Shown here: in pieces, positions 9,284 to 17,798 of the stretch
Numbering within the stretch: the first letter of the stretch is position 1
Layout: each line of letters starts with the position of its first letter
Assembly (NCBI GenBank): GCA_963704705.1
Contig: OY969931.1
Location: 570,001 to 602,000, forward strand
Direction: 5' to 3'
Source of the DNA: an uncultured bacterium
GTDB taxonomy: Bacteria; Patescibacteriota; Gracilibacteria; UBA1369; PNNO01
DNA: 32,000 nucleotides
Translations under genes and position numbers: made by a program
Notes under the pieces: generated by a model
What the model saw: only the letters and a program-made list of their open reading frames with translations
The model's database searches: none
What the model was told of the DNA's origin: nothing

Positions 9284-10039
9284 ATGCGACTGAAAATTTC
9301 ACCCATTGAAGCCTTAAAAAAAATAGATAAGTTAGTTAAGAGCGGAGCCCAAATCCTTAATTATATTCGTGGTGATGCTTGGGATTTTCATAAAAATCAT
9401 ATACTGACACAGGGTGTATATTTAGATGAGGAAGACCATAATTTAAAGCCTAAGCCCTTAAATACAGAAGAAACAGAGCTATATGCTAGTAAGTATGACA
9501 AATGGGTTAAAAGCTGCAAAGAAGAGCTAGAATTAATATTTTTAGACTATACTCCTATTTATAAGTTTATTAATGCTTTTGATGATTCGGAAATTCAGGT
9601 TGGTCAGCAAGATAGACCGTATTTACTTTGGGAACGAAATATAGAAGCTAAATTAGAGGTTTTAAGCTCATTTTTCGACGGTTTAAACAGTTTTGTGCGT
9701 TCACCACTTTCTTACCTCTCAGACAGGGCACAGATTTGTTTTTATGACTTAATTTGCCAGTTAACTCCAGATACAAACGAATCAATGTTATGCAATTACA
9801 TGTTTAAAGAGTTATCAGTTGGTGAGAGTGTTGATTTTGTTAAAATTTATGCGGAAATCAAAGGTGAAGATGTTGAATTGCAACCTGAATGGCCTAATAC
9901 CTGGAAGAAGACAGTTGATACCGCTTATAATGAAATTAACCGTAAAACTAACAAATCTTTTGGATTTTCAATATTCGAGAAGAAAAAAAACATGCTTTTT
10001 ATTAAATTACCTTCCAGATTAATTTCCAGCTTTAAGTAA
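9284..10039 (+). CDS. Hypothetical protein, 251 aa, mobile-element-associated
   Basis: Complete ORF divergent from the OLD-family gene; no recognised motif. Confidence 0.6.
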   Translation: MRLKISPIEALKKIDKLVKSGAQILNYIRGDAWDFHKNHILTQGVYLDEEDHNLKPKPLNTEETELYASKYDKWVKSCKEELELIFLDYTPIYKFINAFDDSEIQVGQQDRPYLLWERNIEAKLEVLSSFFDGLNSFVRSPLSYLSDRAQICFYDLICQLTPDTNESMLCNYMFKELSVGESVDFVKIYAEIKGEDVELQPEWPNTWKKTVDTAYNEINRKTNKSFGFSIFEKKKNMLFIKLPSRLISSFK

Positions 10040-10127
10040 ATTCATTTTAAATTAGACCAAAAACCTTCCCAGTCAGCGCAGGTGCTTGTTCGCTTATATT
10101 TTAGGCGCACTTGAAAAAACTTTATTT

Positions 10128-10271
10128 ATGAATGCGAACAAGCCATACGAAAATTTGATTGGGAAAAATATCTCTGACACCGAAAAGGAAGAGATAGCTT
10201 GTTCGCTTACAGATTTTTTTCAAGTCTTGATCGAAATTGACCAGGATAACAAGAAGAATAATGAAGCATAA
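10128..10271 (+). CDS. Small hypothetical protein, 47 aa (MNANKPYENLIGKNISDTEKEEIACSLTDFFQVLIEIDQDNKKNNEA)
   Basis: ATG-initiated subframe of ORF 10086..10271. Overlaps the SpoVG-like start by 11 bp, which suggests translational coupling. Confidence 0.55.
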   Translation: MNANKPYENLIGKNISDTEKEEIACSLTDFFQVLIEIDQDNKKNNEA

Positions 10272-10572
10272 GATAACCGAAGTTCAGATTCAAATTGTAA
10301 AGCCAAAAGATGGTCTTATTGGTTTTGCCAGCATTGTGCTGGATGAAGAATTGTACATAGGTTCTATTGGCATTCATAAGAAATTGAATACTGACGGATT
10401 TAGGCTCACTTATCCAACAAAAGCGTTATCAAACGGTCAGCAAATTCATATTGTTCATCCAGTAAATAAGCGGCTTTCAAAACTTATTGAAAAAGCTGTT
10501 TTTACTAAATTAAAAGAAGTAATGCGAAGTGTTTATGATAGACACAGTAGTTTTAACAATACCGATTATTAA
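10261..10572 (+). CDS. spoVG: SpoVG-family (septation regulator-like) nucleic-acid-binding protein, 103 aa
   Basis: Starts at ATG 10261, MKHKITEVQIQIVKPKDGLIGFASIVLDEELYIGSIGIHKK...GFRLTYPTKALSNGQQIHIVHPVNKRLSKLIEKAVFTKLKEV; matches the SpoVG pattern (VRIRKV...GLxxSIVxDDEFVVHDIxVI...F.MPSK...DIAHPIN...I..AV...). Confidence 0.7.
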   Translation: MKHKITEVQIQIVKPKDGLIGFASIVLDEELYIGSIGIHKKLNTDGFRLTYPTKALSNGQQIHIVHPVNKRLSKLIEKAVFTKLKEVMRSVYDRHSSFNNTDY

Positions 10573-11689
10573 AGGAATGATTACGCAAGGTGAATTGTTT
10601 TATCCACATTTAGAGGTCTTTAAAGATCATAACGTCATAAAGCAGAAAAGTTATATGAAATCTGTACAAAATCCTAGTAAAAGAGATGTAAAAGAAGGTA
10701 ATTATAAGCCACGGTTGACCGTATTTTGTAGACCTGTGTATCCGCGTGGCAGAGAATTTAATTTAAGAATTGAATTTTCAGCTCCTAAATTACTATTTGG
10801 TAATAATTTTGATGAACTTGAAGAGGCTGATTTTCAGGAAGTCTTACGAAAATTACAGACTAAATTACATGAGATGGGCGTGAGTATTTCGTTAAGACGA
10901 CTTTCTTCAGCGCCGGTAAGCGCTATTCATTATTCTAAAAATATTGTTTTAGATGATTATACTTCTGTATCTATGATTACTAACCAGCTCAAGAAAGTGG
11001 ATGTGAAGACTATAATAGATACAGAACAGAGGGAATATAGGAATGAAGGGCATTTGTTAAGGTTTCATGCAAACTCTTATGAATTAGTCTTTTACGATAA
11101 AATAAAAGATTTACAGCAGGCAAAAATAAGCGATAAAAGAGCAGTTGAAAAAGATAGTATTTATCAAATGTGTTTATTTGATGAGCTTAAGTCTATTAAA
11201 CCTTTCGAAGTTTTAAGAATGGAAGCGAGGTTAAATAAACGGCAGAAAATAAGGTCTGTTTTTAAAAATATTGGTTTATCTTACCATATGGATATTACTT
11301 TTAAAGAAGTCTTTAAAAAGAAAATTGCACAGGACGTTTTACTATATTTTTGGGAACAAATGGATAAAGGTATAAAGTTTTTTTCTGTAGATATGAGTAG
11401 CATTGCGGATATTTTTTCAGAAATTAAACGTTTACGTCCTTCATTTTCAACAAACAAGATTCTTCAACTTATAGGAGCTTTACTATACATACAAGAAAGT
11501 GGCGTAAGGCAATTTAGGGCGGATTTAGGGCTAGTAGGTACTAAAGCTTCTGTTTGGTATCGCTTACAAAATGATTTAAAAGTCACAAATAGCATGAGAA
11601 CAGATTCTCACTATAAAAGACTTCTTAAAATACCTGAAGCATTGAAATTGTTTCTTCCTTTAAAATTGGCTTCATATTCAGTAAAATAA
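10535..11689 (+). CDS. Phage/plasmid replication initiation protein, gene II/X-like
   Basis: N-terminus MIDTVVLTIP, central LVFYDKIKDL motif, and ILRMEARLN/..YHMDITFKEVF arrangement as in gene II/X-type Rep proteins. An ATG at 10529 is an alternative start. Confidence 0.6.
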   Translation: MIDTVVLTIPIIKGMITQGELFYPHLEVFKDHNVIKQKSYMKSVQNPSKRDVKEGNYKPRLTVFCRPVYPRGREFNLRIEFSAPKLLFGNNFDELEEADFQEVLRKLQTKLHEMGVSISLRRLSSAPVSAIHYSKNIVLDDYTSVSMITNQLKKVDVKTIIDTEQREYRNEGHLLRFHANSYELVFYDKIKDLQQAKISDKRAVEKDSIYQMCLFDELKSIKPFEVLRMEARLNKRQKIRSVFKNIGLSYHMDITFKEVFKKKIAQDVLLYFWEQMDKGIKFFSVDMSSIADIFSEIKRLRPSFSTNKILQLIGALLYIQESGVRQFRADLGLVGTKASVWYRLQNDLKVTNSMRTDSHYKRLLKIPEALKLFLPLKLASYSVK

Positions 11690-11708
11690 CAATATAACCC
11701 ATTTAATT

Positions 11709-13187
11709 ATGAAAGCTATTACATTAGCCAGGGTCTCAGATAAGGAACAAGAAGACAGAGATTCCTTACCTGCACAAGCTGATAACTTTATTAAGTATTG
11801 TGATAGGCACGAATTAGTCATCATTAAACAATTTGAGCTTGTAGAGTCATCAACCCGTGGGAACAGAACAAAATTTAATGAAGTTATAGAATTCATTAAA
11901 AAACAACCAGAAACAGTGGCGCTCGTGGTCGATAGGGTCGACAGGCTCCAAAGAGGATTCAAAGAGACTGTAATATTTGATGAATTGATGCAAAAAGGTA
12001 AAGTCGTACTCCATTTTATCAGGGAAAATTTAATAATTAGTGAAAATTCCAAAGGTCCTGATATTATAAGATGGGATTATGCTGTAATGGCAGCTAAAAC
12101 ATACATTCTTCAATTGCGTGATAATGTTAACTCTACAAAACAATTCAAATTATCGAGAGGGGAGTGTGTAACTCAAGCTCCAACGGGGTATTTAAATGTT
12201 ACTGACCCTGCTACAGAAAGAAACACTGTTGTTATAGATAAAGATCGTGCGCCATTTGTTAAAAAGACATTTGAACTTTATTCAACAGGATTGTATTCAT
12301 ATGAAAGCCTTGCTGTAAAACTTGCTGAAGAAGGTTTTACTAATAAGAGAGGTAATTCAATATCAAAAAACTCTATTGGTTTGATTCTTCAAAATAAGTT
12401 TTATTATGGAATTATCGTACATAAGGCAGGTAATAATACCGAATATCCCCATAATTACCCCAAAATTATTACTAAAGGACTTTATGATGATTGTATGGAA
12501 GTTGCAAAAGCACGACAAAAAACACCGACTAAATACATATTAAAACCTTATGCTTTTAGAGGCTTAATAAGATGTGCTCATTGTGGTTGTACGATTTCAT
12601 TTGAAACACATAAAGGTAAATATGTTTATAGTCGTTGTAACAAATCAAAAGGGAATTGCCCTGCAGGATATGTACGTGAAGAAATTTTGTTGTCACAAGT
12701 ATCAGAACTGCTAAAAAAGTTAGCAATTCCTAATGATGTGCTAGTAGATTTAAAGCTTAGATTGCAGAAGTCTAGTGAAGCTGAAATTCAATATCATAAA
12801 CACTCTATCGCAACTTTAAGACGTGAATATGATCAAATTCAACAGAAGTTGCATAACTTACTTGATTTATGTATTGCTGGGAGTATTACTAAGAGTCAAT
12901 ATGACGAAAAAGCTAGTGAACTGAAACAAATACAATACAACATTGATATGAAATTAAAAGAACACACAAAGGCAGATGAAGAGTTTGGAATTACGGTTTC
13001 TTATCTTATGGAACTCGCATCTAAAGCATATAAGTTGTTTGAAAGTTCGAAAGTAGAACAAAAACATAGAATTTTAAAATTATTACTTTCGAAAATTACT
13101 TTAGAGGGTGAAAAGCTTTATTTTAAAGTAAAAAGTCCCTTCGAGGCTATAATAAATGCTAAAGAACGTTGTTTTTGGGGTGAGTGA
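11709..13187 (+). CDS. Large serine recombinase / site-specific integrase, 492 aa
   Basis: N-terminal resolvase signature ITLARVSDKEQ...SLPAQADNFIKYC; VVDRVDRLQR; recombinase domain APTGYLN...GLYSYESLAVKLAEEGFTNKRGNSISKNSIGLILQNKFYYG; zinc ribbon CAHCGC..CNKSKGNCP. Confidence 0.95.
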   Translation: MKAITLARVSDKEQEDRDSLPAQADNFIKYCDRHELVIIKQFELVESSTRGNRTKFNEVIEFIKKQPETVALVVDRVDRLQRGFKETVIFDELMQKGKVVLHFIRENLIISENSKGPDIIRWDYAVMAAKTYILQLRDNVNSTKQFKLSRGECVTQAPTGYLNVTDPATERNTVVIDKDRAPFVKKTFELYSTGLYSYESLAVKLAEEGFTNKRGNSISKNSIGLILQNKFYYGIIVHKAGNNTEYPHNYPKIITKGLYDDCMEVAKARQKTPTKYILKPYAFRGLIRCAHCGCTISFETHKGKYVYSRCNKSKGNCPAGYVREEILLSQVSELLKKLAIPNDVLVDLKLRLQKSSEAEIQYHKHSIATLRREYDQIQQKLHNLLDLCIAGSITKSQYDEKASELKQIQYNIDMKLKEHTKADEEFGITVSYLMELASKAYKLFESSKVEQKHRILKLLLSKITLEGEKLYFKVKSPFEAIINAKERCFWGE

Positions 13188-13253
13188 TGGGGCTCGAACC
13201 CACGACCCTCGGGACCACAACCCGATGCTCTAACCAACTGAGCTACACTCACC
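13176..13253 (-). tRNA. trnH: tRNA-His (GTG anticodon), with G-1:C73 and encoded CCA
   Basis: Minus strand: G GTGAGTG TA GCTCAGTTGGTTAGAGC ATCGGG TTGTGGT CCCGA GGGTC GTGGG TTCGAGC CCCAT CACTCAC C CCA. Full cloverleaf; anticodon GTG; extra 5' G typical of tRNA-His. Confidence 0.97.
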
Positions 13254-13320
13254 ATACTATTGGCGCAATTTACGCAAAGGTTATTTTATATATAACCGCA
13301 CTTAAAGGCAAGATTTAAAA

Positions 13321-13374
13321 TTCCCCCCGGGGGGAAGGGTAGTCCAAAGTGGGACCGGTCCCATGCCCGGGCAT
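13321..13374. repeat. Cluster of three adjacent perfect GC-rich palindromes
   Basis: ttccccccggggggaa (13321-13336), tgggaccggtccca (13350-13363), atgcccgggcat (13363-13374). Each equals its own reverse complement. Confidence 0.95.
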
Positions 13375-13420
13375 AGTATACCTATTACATATCAATATTT
13401 ACTGTTCGTCAAGTGCGCGA

Positions 13421-13580
13421 TGCGTACTGACTCATCCGATTCGCGTTTCGCAAGCTCGCGCTCGTATCAGCTAGTTTAAACACGCATAGCGTACTGACTC
13501 AACCTGTTCAATCAGTCGCTTACGCTTCTTCTTACTTCGTCGTACTTAACCATCCGATTCGTGCTTCGCACTCATACGCA
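13421..13580. repeat. Degenerate short repeats in a non-coding region
   Basis: gcgtactgactca-type units near 13422 and 13490, a diverged cgtactta near 13541, and catccgattcg units near 13433 and 13551 followed by related gcgtttcgc / tgcttcgca sequences. Confidence 0.6.
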
Positions 13581-13614
13581 TGTTTAAGCATCACAGCTTG
13601 ATTCAGCACAAAAA

Positions 13615-13641
13615 AAACACCCCCCGCTTGGGGGAGTGTTT
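13615..13641 (-). terminator. Rho-independent terminator of the minus-strand operon (probably bidirectional)
   Basis: Stem aaacaccccccg / gggggagtgttt around loop gctt, with an A8 run on its left (T8 on the minus strand) and tttcttttt on its right. Confidence 0.88.
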
Positions 13642-13722
13642 CTTTTTAGCATTAGGAGTACCAACGCCCTAGAAAAGCCTCGATATCCTAAACTAATTTA
13701 TGTCTTAAACGGTTAAGACCGT

Positions 13723-14607
13723 TTAAAGTGTAGCTATTTTCCTGCCTTCAGAGCGCAGGAACGTCTCGTAATCGTAATTAAGGAGAGTTGAATCGTAGTT
13801 TCTAACTTGTTTATCACCTTCGGTATAATGATCGTAATTGAACTCCTGACCGTTAAACACAAAATATTTCATGTAAATGTATTTTCTCCTTAAAGTTTTA
13901 TCGTACTGGGCCATATCTTTGAACTGCTGACCATGTAAAACATAATAGTTGTACGTTTCAGCAAAGTCTTCAAATGGATCTGTCATTGCATAACCTGTCA
14001 CAAAATTCGTTTTATCCGAACCTTCTTTTAAAGTTGATTCGTTCTGCCAGCTTATCCTGTAAAATCTTAATGATCGGTCATTTTCATAAACAGGAATGTT
14101 GCCGTCCATAAATTCACTTTTACCGGTCAGTATATCGCCGGTTTCCAAACCCGTATCAACTATATGTCCCATTTCGTGGACAAGTACTGAAACAAGTTCT
14201 CTATCGGTTACATCTGAACAACGTAATATAATGGTAGATCCTCCGCCAAGCCCTCGGCGTCCTTCAGCAAAATATAAAGTAAGGTGCTGAAGATGCTCTC
14301 GGTGTTCTTCTGGTAACGATGTTAACGTCTGATACACGAGAGCCTTGCAATGATTCAAAGAACTGGTTGTACTTCGATCTTCTGAACTGTATGAAGATCC
14401 GGGATAAAGCCTTAAACCGAGCGAATCCAACTGACTCGCATATTGATCCTCAATCGAAGCAGCATGACTAGTATACTCATTTGCATTATTTCCATCAACA
14501 CTTTCTTTAAAATCATATTGATTAAATGCTGATATATTTTGAAAATTGATGGCAAAGAACAAGAATAGTGCGCAAATCCGTATGTAATAAGATATTTTTC
14601 GTCCCAT
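13723..14607 (-). CDS. Secreted/membrane-anchored zinc metallopeptidase-like protein, 294 aa
   Basis: N-terminal hydrophobic signal (ICALFLFFAINFQNISA). Zincin motif VLVHEMGHIVDTG followed by DPFEDFAETYNYYV, a plausible third zinc ligand region. Confidence 0.75.
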   Translation of the reverse strand: MGRKISYYIRICALFLFFAINFQNISAFNQYDFKESVDGNNANEYTSHAASIEDQYASQLDSLGLRLYPGSSYSSEDRSTTSSLNHCKALVYQTLTSLPEEHREHLQHLTLYFAEGRRGLGGGSTIILRCSDVTDRELVSVLVHEMGHIVDTGLETGDILTGKSEFMDGNIPVYENDRSLRFYRISWQNESTLKEGSDKTNFVTGYAMTDPFEDFAETYNYYVLHGQQFKDMAQYDKTLRRKYIYMKYFVFNGQEFNYDHYTEGDKQVRNYDSTLLNYDYETFLRSEGRKIATL

Positions 14608-14685
14608 AAAAACAAAAGTTTAACAAAAGGACGAAATCATATCAAGATATTGACATAATGTCAAGCTTTATATATCGTTTTGGTT

Positions 14686-17565
14686 TTATTTTGCCTGGTA
14701 AGAAGCGATTTCTTTGTTTGTGGAATTCGTTTTAGAAGGGTCGGTAAGGTAATCTAAAAGTACTTTTTCATATTGAATTAAAACATTTGAGTCAAATTGT
14801 GAAGAATTTGCATTAAAATTCCCAATAGCTCCTGTAGTTTTATTTATTTTAAATAAGACAATAACTTTATCATATAATACGCTATCAATATTTTTGATTG
14901 TTTTTAAAGCCTCCAAATCACCATAACAGGCCTGAATCAATGCTGTGCCAACATCTGATGTTAATTGTTTTTGTAAATAATCTTTGTTTTTAAAATTGCT
15001 AATTGCATTTTGAGCATCAACTACAGCATAAGTTCGTAATCTAACCTTATCAGCAATATCGAATTTATATTTTATTATTGGCAATGAACCTGAACTCTGT
15101 TTTAATGCATCGCGCATTTCAGATGTTGTAAATTTATGAGAAGCCAGATATCTAACAAGACCTGCCTTGCTCATGCCTGAATTAATGAATTTCAAACTAT
15201 AAAATTCCAGTATTTTATCTATCAAATCTGTTTGAGATTTTTTAAGTCCGAAATTATTCAAGAAGCTTTCATAAGCGCCTGAATAAGGTTTTTCTTGAAC
15301 GCCAACTTTAGTTCTTCCTACTTTAATTTCTCTTTGACCTTTTTTAGTTGTAACAAGCGAAATAAAATCTGATTTAGTTAATCTGTCACCGGATTTCATT
15401 GGTTTTTCACTCATTTGCTCAATCATATCGCCTTCCGGCCATTCTTTGCCTGATCTTAATTTATATTCGACTGAACCCGGTAGAGCCATTCTCAAAAACA
15501 TCACATAATGTAATGGTTTATTTTTACCAGTAACAAATCGCTGGCTTCCAAAATTAAAAGTATTTGAAGGAGCCATAAACGTTCCGTGAACCGGCTGAAT
15601 AAATTCATGAAGCCTGTCTTTAATTGAAGCATATTTCGGATCTTTTCTGAGTTCTCTTAAAGCCTGTTCATAAGAATTTTGGATAGCTGCTATTTTTGCC
15701 TGTTCAGAACCAGTGAAAGTTGATGCATCAACAGTTACTCTTGAACTCATAAACATTATATTTGTTGAAGTATTTGTCCATTGATGAGTTGCTTTTCTTG
15801 GATTTTTAGAATATCTGTGTTCATAAAGTTTCATATAGTCCCCGGTGTATGCTCCAAATCTATTTTCGTTTATAAAATTTGATAAAGGTTTTGTTTCAGG
15901 CATTATGCTTGATGATATTCTTTTAATATGATTATCTTTGATCTTTTCTTCAGGGTATTTACCTGGATTATTAGCTTGTTCTTTCCAGTCATAAGGATGA
16001 CCAGTTAGCATCCACCACTTCTTTGTTTGTTTTTTATCGTGATCTTCCCATTTAGTTTCAATTTCTCTTGCGAATATCAGTTCAACTTTACCGTCTTTAC
16101 CAAATTTCCATGCAAGTTCCTGATTCATTAGGATTGCGGTAATAATCATTCCATAACTAGGCTCAACAAATTTCTTTCCTTTATTTTTCGCTTCCATTTT
16201 CGCTTCATTAATAGAACGCATGACATCAGCCATGCTGCTGTTTGAAGCTTTAAGTTTTCTATCAACCAATCTTAACGAAACGTACATATCGTGTTTGCTC
16301 ATTTCATTTTCAGCAACTCCGCCAACAGGTAATTCCTTCATGTTATCCGGTATCGGATGGGTGTCGTATCGTTCTTTTTGCTGCAAATAAAGCTTTGCAA
16401 GATATGCAAATTTGTAATCTCCCATATAACCGATTGAACTTGAAAGTAGTTCAGCTTCATGTTTATTGCAATTGAAAGATTCTTTTAATAAATCTCTCTT
16501 CCCTGATCTGTCTTCTACATGAGAATTAAACCAGTCTGAAGCTTTTTTGCCTGTAAATGCTTTTGTTGTTGTATTAATAGCTAAATATCCGATACCAACC
16601 ATTCCCGCTTTTTTAAGGATGTCACGTAGTTTTGTAACTTCTTCATTATTTGAATTCAAAAACCATGCAGCGCCTATTAAAGTAGTTGCGATTGCAATTG
16701 CACGTTCTTTACCATCCATTCCGGCAAAATTTTCTCTTATACCCTGGATTTTTGTTGCGATCCATTTTTCAGCGCTTTTTGCGTATTCAACGGGTTGTGA
16801 GAATATTGTTTCTTTATTTTTTTGTACCAATTCAACTGTTCTGACACGTTTTTCCATTGTAGTTCTATATAAATGGTACTCCTTATAACCTTTATCAATT
16901 TTTGAACGAAGTAGGGGAGTAAGCGCAGTTTCTTTAATTATTGTTGATCTTTTAATTTTTTCATCAAGTGTAGATTCACTCGCGCTGAAAATATCATTTA
17001 GATAATCATCTATGATTTTTTGTTCAAGTTTAGCTTTGTTTGTTTTTCTGTAATCACTTATATATTGGAATACTTTTTGCGCCCTTGCTTTAAAATCCGG
17101 ATCATTTGCAATACTTTGATGAACAATATCAGGATTTTTTAAATTTTGTTCAAATTCAGCCTGAGTTAGAGCTGAAAAAAGCGTTTCATATTTCGGCGCT
17201 CCAACATTAAGTGCTAATTGAAGGTCACCTGCTTTTCTTTCCAACTGAGTAAATAAAAGTTTGTTCTGCTGATTGCTCTGAACATCGGTTTTAGCTTGTT
17301 CATATGAATATTGCGATATTGCAGATGTTTTAAGATCAGCTTCAAGTTTCTGCATACTCTCAAGAAATTTCTTTGCATTTGCCGGGATTTTATCCGGACT
17401 TTTTCTTAATGGTTGAATAAGATCAACGTATTTCTTATCCTTGAAATCTTCAACAGTTTTAATATCAGGATAAGTTTCACGAAAAGTCTGCGTAGATCTA
17501 ACAATATCCCTGCTTTCCACAGATGCTCTTGGACTGGTTGTTGGTGAGGTTCTTCCTCCTGCCAT
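14686..17565 (-). CDS. Large uncharacterised protein, 959 aa, with possible central transmembrane segments
   Basis: Complete ORF; segments AIAIATTLIGAAWFLN and AGMVGIGYLAINTT; no recognised domain. Confidence 0.8.
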   Translation of the reverse strand: MAGGRTSPTTSPRASVESRDIVRSTQTFRETYPDIKTVEDFKDKKYVDLIQPLRKSPDKIPANAKKFLESMQKLEADLKTSAISQYSYEQAKTDVQSNQQNKLLFTQLERKAGDLQLALNVGAPKYETLFSALTQAEFEQNLKNPDIVHQSIANDPDFKARAQKVFQYISDYRKTNKAKLEQKIIDDYLNDIFSASESTLDEKIKRSTIIKETALTPLLRSKIDKGYKEYHLYRTTMEKRVRTVELVQKNKETIFSQPVEYAKSAEKWIATKIQGIRENFAGMDGKERAIAIATTLIGAAWFLNSNNEEVTKLRDILKKAGMVGIGYLAINTTTKAFTGKKASDWFNSHVEDRSGKRDLLKESFNCNKHEAELLSSSIGYMGDYKFAYLAKLYLQQKERYDTHPIPDNMKELPVGGVAENEMSKHDMYVSLRLVDRKLKASNSSMADVMRSINEAKMEAKNKGKKFVEPSYGMIITAILMNQELAWKFGKDGKVELIFAREIETKWEDHDKKQTKKWWMLTGHPYDWKEQANNPGKYPEEKIKDNHIKRISSSIMPETKPLSNFINENRFGAYTGDYMKLYEHRYSKNPRKATHQWTNTSTNIMFMSSRVTVDASTFTGSEQAKIAAIQNSYEQALRELRKDPKYASIKDRLHEFIQPVHGTFMAPSNTFNFGSQRFVTGKNKPLHYVMFLRMALPGSVEYKLRSGKEWPEGDMIEQMSEKPMKSGDRLTKSDFISLVTTKKGQREIKVGRTKVGVQEKPYSGAYESFLNNFGLKKSQTDLIDKILEFYSLKFINSGMSKAGLVRYLASHKFTTSEMRDALKQSSGSLPIIKYKFDIADKVRLRTYAVVDAQNAISNFKNKDYLQKQLTSDVGTALIQACYGDLEALKTIKNIDSVLYDKVIVLFKINKTTGAIGNFNANSSQFDSNVLIQYEKVLLDYLTDPSKTNSTNKEIASYQAK

Positions 17566-17624
17566 GTTAGTTTTTGTTTAATTTATCTTTATATTATACC
17601 CTAAAATTAGTATTTTTTGAAGGG

Positions 17625-17798
17625 CTAATCAGTTAAAGTGTCTTCTTCAATCTCCTGAAGTGCATTAATTAAAATACCAAAGCATTCACTCTCTTCTTTT
17701 TGAATTTGCTCTTCTAGCTCTTTTCGCTTAGCAATAAGCTTGTCGAGCTCATTCATGGTTGATTTGATTTGTGTAATTATTTCTTCTTTTTTTGACAT
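17625..17798 (-). CDS. Small coiled-coil protein, 57 aa, missing from the ORF track
   Basis: Manual translation: MSKKEEIITQIKSTMNELDKLIAKRKELEEQIQKEESECFGILINALQEIEEDTLTD*. Its ATG directly follows the TAA stop of the upstream gene (TAAATG). Confidence 0.72.
   Translation of the reverse strand: MSKKEEIITQIKSTMNELDKLIAKRKELEEQIQKEESECFGILINALQEIEEDTLTD

Larger units (their letters stand above)
3961..13182. mobile_element. Candidate integrated element (plasmid/IME-like) inserted at the 3' end of tRNA-His, about 9.2 kb
   Basis: A terminal serine recombinase abuts and overlaps the tRNA-His 3' end. Internal Rep-like and SpoVG-like genes and cargo are present. A short imperfect direct repeat TTTCTGGGGTG (3961-3971) / TTTTTGGGGTG (13172-13182) gives candidate boundaries; the left boundary is tentative. 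Confidence 0.5.

Noticed and set aside
10535-13187. Calling the element an intact inovirus prophage
   Set aside because: No Zot/pI-like ATPase, major coat or minor coat gene could be recognised between 3.9 and 13.2 kb.
11709-13187. Alternative genetic code (UGA as glycine, as in Gracilibacteria/Absconditabacteria)
   Set aside because: The recombinase and other genes terminate sensibly at TGA/TAA/TAG in the standard code, and housekeeping proteins (tig, rplS, rnhB) are full length under it.
13421-13580. Possible CRISPR array
   Set aside because: Units are degenerate, of unequal spacing, and there are no cas genes in the window.
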